NCBI GenBank assembly: GCA_963701805.1
Contig: CAVPBA010000002.1
Span: 2,571,801-2,635,800 of the forward strand
Length of the DNA: 64,000 bases
Source of the DNA: Terriglobales bacterium
GTDB taxonomy: Bacteria > Acidobacteriota > Terriglobia > Terriglobales > Acidobacteriaceae
Reading direction: 5' to 3'
In this document: positions 39,286-49,878 of the stretch, in pieces
Layout of the letters: every line of letters starts with the position of its first letter
Position numbering within the stretch: position 1 is the stretch's first letter
Position numbers and translations under genes: made by a program
Notes under the pieces: generated by a model
The model's input: only the letters and a program-made list of their open reading frames with translations
Databases searched by the model: none
What the model was told of the DNA's origin: nothing

Positions 39286-40362
39286 TTATCCCCGGCGAGG
39301 GCGAACCGCTTCCTTGGCTTCCGTGGGGCCAGTAGCGGGAACTTCGGGCACCTCTGCCTTGGAAACCCCGATGTTCAGCTTCTTGCGCAGCTCGGCATCC
39401 ATCTTGGCGAAGATGTCCCGGTTCTCCTTGAGGAAGGAGCGGGTGTTCTCGCGGCCCTGGCCGATGCGTTCCCCGGCGTAGCTGTACCAGGCACCCGATT
39501 TTTCGACGATGTTGTTGGCCACGGCCAGGTCAAGCACATCGCCCTCGCGGCTGATGCCTTCCCCGTAGAGGATGTCAAACTCGGCTTCGCGGAACGGCGC
39601 CGCTACCTTGTTCTTCACGATCTTGACCTTGGTCCGGTTGCCGGTAACGACGTCGCCTTCCTTGATGGCGGCGATGCGGCGGATATCGACCCGCACCGAG
39701 GAGTAGAACTTGAGCGCCCGGCCGCCGGTGGTGGTTTCGGGATTGCCGAACATCACGCCGATCTTCTCGCGGATCTGGTTGATGAAGATGAGCGCCGTCC
39801 GCGACTTCGAAACCGTGCCGGTGAGCTTGCGCAACGCCTGCGACATGAGCCGGGCCTGCAGGCCCACGTGGGAGTCGCCCATCTCGCCGTCGAGCTCGGC
39901 TTTGGGAACCAGCGCCGCCACCGAGTCCACCACCAGCACGTCGATGGCACCGGAGCGCACCAGGGCTTCGGTAATCTCGAGGGCCTGTTCGCCGCTGTCG
40001 GGCTGCGAAACCAGCAGGTTGTCGACATCGACGCCCAGCTTCTTGGCGTAACCCGGATCGAGCGCGTGTTCGGCGTCGACAAAGGCCGCCAGCCCGCCCA
40101 TCTTCTGCGCTTCGGCGATGATTTGCAGCGTGATGGTCGTCTTGCCCGACGACTCGGGCCCGAACACCTCGGTTACCCGGCCGCGCGGAATGCCGCCCAC
40201 GCCCAGCGCGGCGTCGAAACTGATCGATCCGGTGGAGATCACCGCAATCGGCAAAAGTGCCTCGCGCGATCCGAGCCGCACGATTGACCCTTTCCCAAAT
40301 TGTTTCTCGATCTGGCTTAGGGCAAGTTCTACGGCTTTGGCGCGGTCATCGGCAACAGGCAT
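39286..40362 (-). CDS. recA: Recombinase A
   Basis: [42 protein letters not shown]. Confidence 0.99.
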   Translation of the reverse strand: MPVADDRAKAVELALSQIEKQFGKGSIVRLGSREALLPIAVISTGSISFDAALGVGGIPRGRVTEVFGPESSGKTTITLQIIAEAQKMGGLAAFVDAEHALDPGYAKKLGVDVDNLLVSQPDSGEQALEITEALVRSGAIDVLVVDSVAALVPKAELDGEMGDSHVGLQARLMSQALRKLTGTVSKSRTALIFINQIREKIGVMFGNPETTTGGRALKFYSSVRVDIRRIAAIKEGDVVTGNRTKVKIVKNKVAAPFREAEFDILYGEGISREGDVLDLAVANNIVEKSGAWYSYAGERIGQGRENTRSFLKENRDIFAKMDAELRKKLNIGVSKAEVPEVPATGPTEAKEAVRPRRG

Positions 40363-40490
40363 GGTGCGGTCTCCTCATCGGCATTTCGCAGGTATCTCCT
40401 GTCATCCGCATGAGCGACGCGACAACGAAAGCCTGGAATGCATTTCGTTCGGATTGTAGCAGTACGAGACAATCAAAAGACAGGAGAAAA

Positions 40491-40535
40491 GCGAAGAAAA
40501 GGCGATACTATACTGGTGCCTGTGCCGCCCGTCAC
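40491..40535 (-). promoter_or_regulatory. recA promoter with downstream direct-repeat operator candidate
   Basis: GTGACG-17-TATAGT on minus strand, immediately followed by ATCGC-N6-TTCGC. Confidence 0.45.
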
Positions 40536-40573
40536 ATCGCGGCCTGAAAAGAGGAATGCGGGTCCGCTCCGGA

Positions 40574-41980
40574 TCAGGCAAGCACGGCTTCCTTCGCCAG
40601 TTCCTCCACCACCTGGCGCGCTGCCGAAGCCACGATGTCCACGATCTCCTCAGCATCGCCGCGGGTGAGGATCAGAGGAGGGGCGAAGCCCACCGCCTCG
40701 CTCTGCGGCATGGGTCGGGTAATGACACCTCGTTCGCGAGCCGCGTTTGAAACACGATAGGCCACCTTCAGCGCCGGGTCGAACCTGCGCCGGGTAGCCG
40801 GATCGGCGACGAAATCGACCGCCAGCATCAGCCCCACGCCGCGCACTTCGCCAGTAATTGGCAGGCCGTCGAATGCCTCGTGCAGCAGCCCCAGCATGTA
40901 GGCCCCCACCTCGCCCGCGTTCCCGGCCAGGTTCTCGCCTTCCACGATGTCGAGGTTGGCGTTGGCCGCGGCCGCGCAGATGGGGTGGCCGGTGTAGGTG
41001 TAGCCGTGGGGAAAGATGCCCGCCGTCTCCGCGCCGTCTTCAATGACCCGGAAAACGCGCTCGCTGATGATCGATGCGGACAGAGGCGCATAGGCCGAGG
41101 TGATTCCCTTGGCCACGGTGATCAGGTCGGGCTCGATCTCGTAGAGTTCACTGCCGAACATGCGCCCGGTGCGGCCAAACCCGGTGATGACTTCGTCGGC
41201 GATGAGCAGGATGTCGTATTTGCGCAGCACGGCCTGGACGGCGGCCCAGTAGCCGGCCGGCGGAGGCACGAGGCCACCCGTCCCAAGTACGGGTTCGCCG
41301 ATAAAGCCGCCGATGGTTTCGGAATCTTCGCGCAGGATGAGCGCTTCGAGTTCGGCGGCGCGGCGGGCGGAAAACTGGGCTTCCGTTTCGGTTCGCTCGT
41401 AGCCCAAGTAGTAGTGCGGCGCGCCTGTCCTCAGGATGGCGGGAACCGGCAAATCCATCAGGTCGTGATAGAGGCTCAGCCCGGTCATCGAGCCGGACAT
41501 GACTGTGTTGCCGTGGTAGCCGCGATCGCGGGCGATGATGCGCTTCTTCTTCGGCTTTCCGATGAGGTTGTGGTAGTACCAGACCAGCTTGGCCTGCGTC
41601 TCGTTGGCATCGGAACCAGAGGTGCCGTAAAACACCTTGCTCGGCTTGCCTGGCGCCATGCGCACCAGCCGGTCCGAGAGGCGAATCAACTCCTCGTTCG
41701 AGTGGCCTGCGTAGCTGTGGTAGTAAGCCAGTGTGTGCGCCTGGCGGGCGATGGCATCCGCGACCTCGGTGCGCCCGTAGCCGATGTTGACGCAATAGAG
41801 CCCTGCAAACGCGTCGATCAGTTCGCGGCCGTCGGTGTCGCGAATGCGAATGCCGGCGCCCGAGTCGATCACGGTCTGGGGTGCTTTTCCGGCGGCAAAG
41901 TCGCGGGCATTGGTGGCGGGATGCAGAATGGAGGCGCGGTCAAGGGCGGCGAGACCGGCAGCGTCCTGGGCTGGGTGCAT
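40574..41980 (-). CDS. Class III PLP-dependent aminotransferase
   Basis: DAFAGLYCVNIGYG, SGSDANE, GYHG, IADEVITGFGRTG, AKG, HGYTYTGHP. Confidence 0.93.
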   Translation of the reverse strand: MHPAQDAAGLAALDRASILHPATNARDFAAGKAPQTVIDSGAGIRIRDTDGRELIDAFAGLYCVNIGYGRTEVADAIARQAHTLAYYHSYAGHSNEELIRLSDRLVRMAPGKPSKVFYGTSGSDANETQAKLVWYYHNLIGKPKKKRIIARDRGYHGNTVMSGSMTGLSLYHDLMDLPVPAILRTGAPHYYLGYERTETEAQFSARRAAELEALILREDSETIGGFIGEPVLGTGGLVPPPAGYWAAVQAVLRKYDILLIADEVITGFGRTGRMFGSELYEIEPDLITVAKGITSAYAPLSASIISERVFRVIEDGAETAGIFPHGYTYTGHPICAAAANANLDIVEGENLAGNAGEVGAYMLGLLHEAFDGLPITGEVRGVGLMLAVDFVADPATRRRFDPALKVAYRVSNAARERGVITRPMPQSEAVGFAPPLILTRGDAEEIVDIVASAARQVVEELAKEAVLA

Positions 41981-42052
41981 GGAATCCTCCCTGATGACTG
42001 AAACGAGGTCAGTGAAGGATTTCAGTGTACGCGAAAGGAGGTTACGGGAAGA

Positions 42053-42349
42053 TCAGGCGGTGAAGGCGCCGATGCGCGTTTCGCGGCTGACGAGTGCGTC
42101 GCAGTCCCGATCCACGGCTTCGTACTCCGCGTCATGATCTTTGCGGAAGGCGCGAAATGCCTGCTCGCTGGCCCAGCGGTCGATAGTGAGGTAATTGCCC
42201 TGGACGTACGCGTCGCGCAGCAGGTCCGTACCCTGATACTCAGGCGACGATCGAAACAGCTGCGCCCACTGGCCTTCCGGCCCATATGCGGCTTCAAAAG
42301 CGGCGATCTTCTCCTCGGCAATTTCAAACTGCCACACGACGACAAACAT
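42053..42349 (-). CDS. Antibiotic biosynthesis monooxygenase (ABM) family protein
   Basis: FEAAYGPEGQWAQLF...YLTIDRWASE. Confidence 0.75.
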   Translation of the reverse strand: MFVVVWQFEIAEEKIAAFEAAYGPEGQWAQLFRSSPEYQGTDLLRDAYVQGNYLTIDRWASEQAFRAFRKDHDAEYEAVDRDCDALVSRETRIGAFTA

Positions 42350-42470
42350 GCGCACCCCGGTCTTTCTTCATGGTAGCGCAGGGAAATGTCTTGCCTCGTT
42401 GCTGTTGGATGAAACGCTGACCTGGCAGAGCCAGGGTGGGGCACCCAGCACTCGTGAGCTAGAGTGAGTT

Positions 42471-43778
42471 ATGCCTCGCAGTATCCTACTGACCTTGATT
42501 GCAATTTTCTTTGTCAGCCCGAGCCTGACGGTTGCGCAGGGTGGTGCGGCGACGAACGTACGCGCCCGCGACCTGGGGGTTCCTTTCGACGGAAAGCCCG
42601 GCCCTTTGAATGCCATCACGGATGTCGCCGGGGTCACGGTCGGAGTCACGACATTGATCCGGGGCGACGGTGCATTGAAGGTGGGCGAGGGACCGGTGCG
42701 GACCGGGGTGACGGCGATTCTGCCGCGAGGGACGAGCAATGATCCGGTATATGCGGGGTGGTTCAGCCTCAACGGCAACGGCGAAATGACGGGAACGACG
42801 TGGGTGGAAGAATCGGGTTTGCTCGACGGCCCTGTTGCCCTGACCAACACCCACAGTGTGGGAACGGTGCGCGATGCGGTTATCGCGTGGGGGTTGAAGC
42901 ATGGAGTTCTCCATCAGGACTGGTCGCTGCCAGTGGTGGCGGAGACGTGGGATGGATGGCTGAACGATATCAACGGCTTTCATGTGAAGCCGGAGGATGT
43001 GTTTGCGGCGCTCGACTCAGCCAGGAGCGGTCCAGTTCAGGAAGGCAACACCGGCGGAGGCACGGGCATGGTTTGCTACGGCTTCAAGGGCGGGACGGGA
43101 ACGGCATCGCGGGTGTTGGCGAAGGAACAAGGCGGCTACACGATCGGAGTGCTTGTCCAATGCAATTGTGGCAGACGCCCGCAATTAACCATCGCGGGGA
43201 TCCCGGTAGGCAAGGAAATTCCGGGCAACACGCCCTATGCGGGGAATGAGCCTCCGGATGCGAATATGCCGGGTTCGGGACGTCCCACCCTTGCGACGGC
43301 AAAAAATCGCAAGGATGGGGCACGGAACGAATCGGCGACCATGGCGACCGTTGCCAGTGATGCCCCGGGGATGAACGCTGTCCCGCCGGGAAGCGAGACC
43401 GAGGGCGACGTGGGCTCCATCATTATTGTCATCGCCACCGATGCGCCGCTGCTGCCGCACCAGCTGAAACGACTGGCCCGCAGGGCCTCGCTGGGGCTGG
43501 CGCGCACCGGTTCCACTTCGGGGAATGGATCGGGCGACATTTTTCTGGCGTTCTCAACGGGGAATGCGCACGTGGACGCTTCGCCCGGCCCGAATACGGT
43601 CAAGACGGTCTCGAACGAACGCATCAGTCCGTTGTTTACGGCGACCGTGGAGGCGACCGAAGAAGCGATTGTGAATGCCATGGTCGGCGCGAAAACAATG
43701 ACCGGAATCGACGGGCACACCGTGATTGCCCTGCCCCGCGATCAGCTGCAGCAGACGCTCAAGAAGTACAACCGGTGA
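42471..43778 (+). CDS. DmpA / peptidase S58 (P1) family aminopeptidase
   Basis: RARDLG, NAITDVAGVTVG, RTGVTAILP, LNGNGEMTG, G-SIIIVIATDAPL, NGSGDIFLAFST. Confidence 0.92.
   Translation: MPRSILLTLIAIFFVSPSLTVAQGGAATNVRARDLGVPFDGKPGPLNAITDVAGVTVGVTTLIRGDGALKVGEGPVRTGVTAILPRGTSNDPVYAGWFSLNGNGEMTGTTWVEESGLLDGPVALTNTHSVGTVRDAVIAWGLKHGVLHQDWSLPVVAETWDGWLNDINGFHVKPEDVFAALDSARSGPVQEGNTGGGTGMVCYGFKGGTGTASRVLAKEQGGYTIGVLVQCNCGRRPQLTIAGIPVGKEIPGNTPYAGNEPPDANMPGSGRPTLATAKNRKDGARNESATMATVASDAPGMNAVPPGSETEGDVGSIIIVIATDAPLLPHQLKRLARRASLGLARTGSTSGNGSGDIFLAFSTGNAHVDASPGPNTVKTVSNERISPLFTATVEATEEAIVNAMVGAKTMTGIDGHTVIALPRDQLQQTLKKYNR
43284..43326. repeat. REP-like palindrome inside dmpA coding sequence
   Basis: cccacccttgcga-cggcaaaaaa-tcgcaaggatggggcacgga. 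Confidence 0.8.
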
Positions 43779-43792
43779 GCGCCTTCGGGATT

Positions 43793-44377
43793 CTACTGAT
43801 CCTTCTTATCGGTTTTCGAGAAGAGCGGGATGTGGAACGGCAACTCAGCGTCGGTCGCCTGCTTTTTCTTCTTGCCATTGGGGCCGTCCTCGCGCAGCAT
43901 CGTACGCTGCGAATTCACGCACACCCACCCGGCGCGCATTTTTTCGTAGACGTGGGTGAACACACCCTTTTCATCGACTGTGGCCGAGGCCGTCTTGTGA
44001 TGGAGAACGTACGTTCCGTTGGCGACGGCGGTATCCCCCAGTAGGCGGACGGTGACCACGCGCTGCTCGAGGTGCACGGTCTTGTCTTCCCCGGTGATCA
44101 ACTGGGCCAGTTGCTGATTGCGTGTGGTGATATCTCCGCTCGCCGAGACATCCACGAACAATGGCGACAAGACCAGTTCCAGGGCGTACTGGTCGCGCTG
44201 ATTGATGGCGTCGGACCAGGCGTCCTCGATTTTCTGGAATTCGCGAACCTGCGGGCCGACGTCGGCGGTGACACTCGGAGGGACCGGAACCGATTGGGCC
44301 TGCGACGCCGAACTTTGGGAAAAAACAATCCAGGAAGAGATCAGAAGAACAGAAAAACAAGCCGCTCTATGAGTCAT
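43793..44377 (-). CDS. Exported NTF2-like / DUF4440 protein
   Basis: Signal peptide; EDAWSDAI...VRLLGDTAVANG...FTHVY...W. Confidence 0.8.
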   Translation of the reverse strand: MTHRAACFSVLLISSWIVFSQSSASQAQSVPVPPSVTADVGPQVREFQKIEDAWSDAINQRDQYALELVLSPLFVDVSASGDITTRNQQLAQLITGEDKTVHLEQRVVTVRLLGDTAVANGTYVLHHKTASATVDEKGVFTHVYEKMRAGWVCVNSQRTMLREDGPNGKKKKQATDAELPFHIPLFSKTDKKDQ

Positions 44378-44555
44378 ATAGAACTTGGACTCCCATCTCT
44401 AGATTTTAGCTCCTGGAATGGGGGGGTCAGGGCCAAAGGGAGGGGCAAATCCGAGGTTTCGGATGGGGCACGGATTAGAAACGAAGGTCGCACCCTTTAG
44501 TCAGGAAAAAAGGACAAACAAAGCAGTTCCTGGATTGGCGTTCACTGGACTTGGG

Positions 44556-45308
44556 TTAGATGAGGGCTTGTAGCCGATCCGGCTGGTGAACCGTGACCAG
44601 GGAGTCCTCGATGGTGATCCAGCCTTCTTTGCGAAACTGGCCGAGGGTCCGGGTCACAGTTTCGCGGGTCGTGCAGGCCATGGAGGCGATTTCCTCATGG
44701 GTCAAAAGGAGGGGGAAGCGGAAAGCGCCGCCCCCCAGGTGTTCGCCGATCTGATGGGAAAGTTCCAGCAACAGGCGGCCAAGCCGGGCAGCCACAGTTT
44801 CCGCCAGGGCGATGCGGCAGGCATCCTGGAGGGCGAACCGATATTCCTGGCAAATGCACTGGACGGCCCGCATCTGGGCTTCTTTGTGCGCCCGCAGGAA
44901 GCTGAGGAACCGATCGCGCTCCACGGGACGCAACTGGGCAGGCGTGAGGGACTCCGCTGAAACCTCATAAACGCCGTGGGAAAGCACCGCGTAGAGTCCC
45001 AGCATCGAGCCAGGGCCAGCCACGCGCACGATCATCTGACGATCCTGGGCGCGCCCGGCGGTGAGCTTGAGATAGCCTCCGCAGATCAGGTAAAGACAGC
45101 GCGCCTCTTCGCCCTGAGTAAACAGCGGCGCTTCTGCAGGTAGAGAGATGGTGCTGGTGGCAAGTTCGAGATCGGCCAAGACCGCGCTGCCCAGCGAACA
45201 GAACCAGCCAGGACGGCGGTTAGAACATGCAGCACAACCAACCGGTGTCTGCCGATGCATTGGCTTCTGCCGAGCCTGGAGAACTTCGATGTGTTCCACT
45301 TCCGCCAT
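44556..45308 (-). CDS. Crp/Fnr-family regulator with N-terminal CxxC-x7-C cluster
   Basis: CAACSNRRPGWFC; LFTQGE; LTHEEIASMACTTRETVTRTL HTH. Confidence 0.9.
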   Translation of the reverse strand: MAEVEHIEVLQARQKPMHRQTPVGCAACSNRRPGWFCSLGSAVLADLELATSTISLPAEAPLFTQGEEARCLYLICGGYLKLTAGRAQDRQMIVRVAGPGSMLGLYAVLSHGVYEVSAESLTPAQLRPVERDRFLSFLRAHKEAQMRAVQCICQEYRFALQDACRIALAETVAARLGRLLLELSHQIGEHLGGGAFRFPLLLTHEEIASMACTTRETVTRTLGQFRKEGWITIEDSLVTVHQPDRLQALI

Positions 45309-45451
45309 GGTTTTGCCCCATTCGCCGCGCCGAAGCGCTATCGACTGCTCCCAACTCTCCGACCTCGGCGAGGGTTGTTCGTTAAGAGGAAAACACTTCA
45401 GACCCGGTTAGAACTTGTAACTCAGTTTGCTGTACAGAGGTTCCGATCCGA

Positions 45452-45467
45452 TGTGACGCGGCTCACG
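45452..45467. promoter_or_regulatory. CRP-type box
   Basis: TGTGA-cgcggc-TCACG. Confidence 0.5.
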
Positions 45468-45837
45468 CCTATTGAGGCTTTTCGATCCAGAACTAAAGAA
45501 GGCTCCCCTAGTAATTCTCCCAGTGTTCCTAATCGCAGGCTCGTATGGATCATCGATGCAGCGTTTTCTTGTGTGACGGGTACGTAGGTAATGGGCGAAG
45601 GAACGGCCGTAGTCTGAAGATCATTCGAGGCATGAATCAGGTCGGAGCGTCTGGTCCCTTCCCGCCTGGAAAGAACCACGTTGTCTCCACTTCTGAATTC
45701 GGGATCTGATTGATAACGCATGGCTTGCCGGTTCGCTCTTGAGAGTTTGCTGGATGGATGCTGTGCATGCATTTAAGGCACACTTTCGCACTTCGCGTCA
45801 TCCGGCGGGCACGGGACGGAACGGCATCTCGTTTTCC

Positions 45838-45853
45838 TGTGACGAGTATCACC
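45838..45853. promoter_or_regulatory. CRP-type box upstream of cytochrome operon
   Basis: TGTGA-cgagta-TCACC. Confidence 0.5.
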
Positions 45854-46029
45854 GTCTTGTGGCCGGCAAACTCCATACGATTCTGCGCAGGAAGTGACGC
45901 TCCACACCAAGGAGGCTTCCGGAGAGCGAGTTCGGAGCCTCGACACCCGATAGCGAGTTCAGCCCGGAAAGAGAGTCGTCGGGAAATTCTCACGTTGGAT
46001 CTGGAAGGCACCAGTTTCCGCGAGGCGGT

Positions 46030-47013
46030 ATGTGCATGCTAAAAGACGGGCCATTCAATCAACCGCCGGGTGGTATTCCGCGGTGGGTACGGGGATTGCG
46101 GACATTTTTGATGTTTGTTCTGGCTGCACTGGTTTTTTGCGCTATCGCGTTGGCCGCTCCAGCGGCGGGAACGCCGACGCCCGGCCAGGCAAAGGACGCT
46201 GCGGCGGCGGACTTCGTCGGTTCCGAAACCTGCGCAGCCTGCCACGAGGAAGTGGCCAAGGGATTTGCCTCCAATCCCCACACCAACATGGCGCAGATGC
46301 ATGGCAAGAATGGAGTCACCTGCGAGAACTGCCACGGAGCGGGCAAGTCGCACGTCGACGGCGGCGGGGATACCGCCAAGATCTTCAACCCCGCCAAGGC
46401 CACACCCAAGGAAGTGGATGCCAAGTGCCTGGACTGCCACCAGGGCCAGCACGCGAATTTCCAGCACTCCGGCCACGGTGAAGCCAATGTGAGTTGCCTG
46501 GGTTGCCATAGCGTCCATGGCGGCGAGGATCCGGAGCGGCTACTCAAGGTCGCCCAGCCTGCGCTGTGTTTCCAGTGCCACACCGATGTGAAGCCGCAGT
46601 TCGCTATGCCGTTTCATCACAGGGTCGAGGAAGGCATAATGAAGTGCTCGGACTGCCACGATCCGCATGGAACGTTTGGACGGAAGGGCCTGCGAGCCTC
46701 GGCCCAGCAGGATGCGGTCTGCACCAAGTGCCACACTGAGACGGCCGGCCCGTTCGTATACGAGCACGCGGTGGTCAAAACGGAAGGCTGCGTTGCCTGC
46801 CATACGCCGCACGGCGGTCCCAATCCGCGGCTGCTGAATCGCGCCAATATCAACACCATTTGCCTGGAATGCCACTCGCCGTCGACGAACTACTCCACGG
46901 CCGAGCCCATGGGACCGGCGCACAACCAGAACACGCAGTACCAGGCATGCACCATCTGCCACAGCGAGATTCACGGGTCCAACGTGAGCGCCGTTTACTT
47001 CAACACCAAGTAG
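46030..47013 (+). CDS. Decaheme c-type cytochrome, DmsE/MtrA family
   Basis: Ten CxxCH motifs counted (CAACH, CENCH, CLDCH, CLGCH, CFQCH, CSDCH, CTKCH, CVACH, CLECH, CTICH); GPFVYEH and IHGSN; start uncertain. Confidence 0.92.
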   Translation: MCMLKDGPFNQPPGGIPRWVRGLRTFLMFVLAALVFCAIALAAPAAGTPTPGQAKDAAAADFVGSETCAACHEEVAKGFASNPHTNMAQMHGKNGVTCENCHGAGKSHVDGGGDTAKIFNPAKATPKEVDAKCLDCHQGQHANFQHSGHGEANVSCLGCHSVHGGEDPERLLKVAQPALCFQCHTDVKPQFAMPFHHRVEEGIMKCSDCHDPHGTFGRKGLRASAQQDAVCTKCHTETAGPFVYEHAVVKTEGCVACHTPHGGPNPRLLNRANINTICLECHSPSTNYSTAEPMGPAHNQNTQYQACTICHSEIHGSNVSAVYFNTK

Positions 47014-47027
47014 GTATGGGGCTAGCG

Positions 47028-49391
47028 ATGACAAATCAGACGAAATCTTCCCCAAGTCTGGATGGGTCGCAAGCCGGGGCCAAGGTCCGGTGGAGCACCC
47101 TTACCCTTGCGGCCATTCTGGGCGGCAGCATCGCGGTTGCCGGTCTTGCGCAGGAACAGCCGCCAGCGGCCAAAACCACGGAACCGCCCCCGGCGGCCAA
47201 GGCCGCCCAGCCGACCGAGAAGAAGCCTGCCTCTCCCGCCGACGGAAAGGTCATAGGCGGCTACCAGGTTCATTCCATGATCGATCTGGGCGGGCAGTTC
47301 GTGGAAAAGAGCGGCAGCGACGCCATGTGGGCCACCATGGTTAATCAGACCACGGGCGCCCGGGTTCTGGGGCAGGAACTGCGGATGCATACGCTCGATC
47401 CGCACAAGACGCCGTTCTACGACACCCTGAATACGTCCAGCTACGGATATGGCGGCGATCCGTATGACTCCACCTATCTGACCATGACCAAGGGCAAGTG
47501 GTACGACTTCGCCGGCAACTTCCGGCGGGATCGGCAATACTTCGACTACAACCTGATGGTGAATTCCCTGCTGGGACCGAACCAGCTGGTGCCGCAGCCG
47601 AGTACGCTGCACCTGTACAACACGGTCCGCTACAACACCGACACGCTGCTGACACTGATGCCAGTGTCGGTGGTCAGCTTCCGAGCCGGGTATAACCACA
47701 ACACCCACGAGGGGCCGGCCTACTCCACGATCCACCAGGGCGGGGACGTGCAGGAATATCTGTGGTTTCGCAACGGGCAGGACACATATGTAGGCGGTGT
47801 GGACGTGAAGCTGACCCAGCGGTCCACGCTGAGCTATGACCAGTTTCTGGTCTACTATCGGGGCGATACGAGCTATGTGGTGACAGCGCAGCCGTTCAGG
47901 CTGCCGGAAGGCACGCCGGTGAACGTGGGCGTCAACCTTCTGACAACCTCGACGTGCGGAACGTCGGGCACGTCGAACTTCAGCAACGCGGTGGTCAACG
48001 GCATCGTCAATCCGTATTGCAGCGGCACGTTTACGCAGGGCGAAGCGGCGCCGACGCGGACGAGTTTCCCGACCGAACAGTTGCGTTTCGCTTCGCACTC
48101 GGACAAGGTTTCGATGAACGGCCGGTTCCTTTACAGCGGCGGAACGGGAAACGTGAAGAACTTCAGCGAGACGTTTATTGGGTTTAGTTCGCGCAGCTTT
48201 CTAAAGGAACAGATCGACACGGGCGCTTATCCGGGCGGCAAGTTCGCCAGCAACAAGCGCATTAACGTGAACGCGGACTACAGTGTTCGCGCCGAGCTGA
48301 CGCGTAACTTCGAGCTATCCGATACCTTCAACTACTGGGATATCCGGGTGCCGGGAAACACGGCGTTCAATCATTTCACCCTGACCGGAGTGGGCACCCA
48401 GACCAAGCCGACGGTGAAGTTCGGGACTTCGCTGCTGACGCCGCTCACCGATCCGAGCCTGACGCCGGCGACCGCTCAGGGTGCGGAGTCGTACTACCTG
48501 GGGCACAAGAACATCGGGAACACGATCCTGGGCACCGTGACTGTCACGCCGGAGGCCAAGCTCTCGGCGGGCTGGCGATTCAACGATCGCCAGATCAAGG
48601 TGGACGACGATGACAAGCTGACCTGGCACCAGAACTGGATGCTGCTGGGCGGAGTGGTACAGCCTTCGCGGGTGTTCCGGTTGAACGTGAACTACGACAT
48701 GATGTGGTCGCAATCGTCGAACTCGACTACGACGCCGAGCGACACATACACACGCGAGTTGCCGAACAAGATCGAGCACCTGTGGGGGCGGGCGCTGGTG
48801 AAGCCCGCGAAGTGGATCAACTTCGCAGTCGCGGGGGGCGACTATTCCGCCGAGAACAACGATCCGGATGTGAATCACAAGGAGCACAACCAGGACATCA
48901 GCTTCGCCGCCCAGCTGATCCCGGCCGAGTCAATGAGCCTGGACTTCAACTATGCTCATGACGATGTCTTTTCGGTGACCGACCTGTGCTATGCGAGCAC
49001 GGCGCCGCCGCCGACAGCCATTGCCAACGCCGGTACATGCGCCAATACCACCGGCTCAAATAAGTATCTTGGCAACGGTTACTACGATGCCCCGGTCAAC
49101 TACTTTACTGCGGCATTCAACTACTCGTCGAAGTATTTCCGTATGGGCCTGGGGGGACGCTTCAATAAAGTGGACGGAAGCGCCGAGATGCTGAATCCTT
49201 ACCAGGTCCCGGGGGCCCTGCAATCGAGGTACGTGACTCCGTACGCAGACCTCGTGATTCACATTGCGCCGCAATGGTCGTGGCACGGCAACTGGAACCA
49301 CCCGGACTACACCGAGTCGGGTCCGGCCGGACCCGCTCCACGCGAGTTCAATGGAAATATTTTGATTTTGGGCGTCAAGTACGCCTTTTAA
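47028..49391 (+). CDS. Large outer-membrane beta-barrel, MtrB/PioB-like porin by context
   Basis: Signal peptide, aromatic beta-strand pattern, C-terminal LGVKYAF; directly follows the decaheme gene. Confidence 0.75.
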   Translation: MTNQTKSSPSLDGSQAGAKVRWSTLTLAAILGGSIAVAGLAQEQPPAAKTTEPPPAAKAAQPTEKKPASPADGKVIGGYQVHSMIDLGGQFVEKSGSDAMWATMVNQTTGARVLGQELRMHTLDPHKTPFYDTLNTSSYGYGGDPYDSTYLTMTKGKWYDFAGNFRRDRQYFDYNLMVNSLLGPNQLVPQPSTLHLYNTVRYNTDTLLTLMPVSVVSFRAGYNHNTHEGPAYSTIHQGGDVQEYLWFRNGQDTYVGGVDVKLTQRSTLSYDQFLVYYRGDTSYVVTAQPFRLPEGTPVNVGVNLLTTSTCGTSGTSNFSNAVVNGIVNPYCSGTFTQGEAAPTRTSFPTEQLRFASHSDKVSMNGRFLYSGGTGNVKNFSETFIGFSSRSFLKEQIDTGAYPGGKFASNKRINVNADYSVRAELTRNFELSDTFNYWDIRVPGNTAFNHFTLTGVGTQTKPTVKFGTSLLTPLTDPSLTPATAQGAESYYLGHKNIGNTILGTVTVTPEAKLSAGWRFNDRQIKVDDDDKLTWHQNWMLLGGVVQPSRVFRLNVNYDMMWSQSSNSTTTPSDTYTRELPNKIEHLWGRALVKPAKWINFAVAGGDYSAENNDPDVNHKEHNQDISFAAQLIPAESMSLDFNYAHDDVFSVTDLCYASTAPPPTAIANAGTCANTTGSNKYLGNGYYDAPVNYFTAAFNYSSKYFRMGLGGRFNKVDGSAEMLNPYQVPGALQSRYVTPYADLVIHIAPQWSWHGNWNHPDYTESGPAGPAPREFNGNILILGVKYAF

Positions 49392-49560
49392 CATAGGGGC
49401 GGGCGGGCGCCGAACTGCGCCGCCTGCCCTTTTGACGTTTCCGGCTTGGATGGTGGTGACTTGGGATGCATCCAAGTTCGGCCGGAGAACAACTTAAGGG
49501 ACGGGTTAGAGTTCCTTTGGGAAGAGGGCGTCGCAGCGAGGGCGTCCGGGGAGAGAAAGA

Positions 49561-49878
49561 ATGTTAAAGATGGTTCGTTTTTATGGTTCGCTGGCGGCAG
49601 TTGTTGCCCTGCTCAGCGGAGTGAGCTTTGCGCAGTCGGGCGAAGTGTACAAATCGAAGTGCCAGATGTGCCACGGCGCCACCGGCTTGGCCGACACGGG
49701 CGCAGGCAAGTCGATGAAGGTCAAGCCGGTCACCGATCCCGACGTAAAGAAGATGAGCGAAGCGGACATGATCACAGTAACCACGGCCGGCAAAGGCAAG
49801 ATGCCGGCATTCAAGGACAAGCTTACCGATGCCCAAATCAAGGAGTCGGTAGGTTTTTATCGCAGCCTCGGCAAGTAG
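49561..49878 (+). CDS. Monoheme cytochrome c (His/Met, c6/c553-like)
   Basis: Signal peptide, CQMCH, KMPAF. Confidence 0.9.
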   Translation: MLKMVRFYGSLAAVVALLSGVSFAQSGEVYKSKCQMCHGATGLADTGAGKSMKVKPVTDPDVKKMSEADMITVTTAGKGKMPAFKDKLTDAQIKESVGFYRSLGK

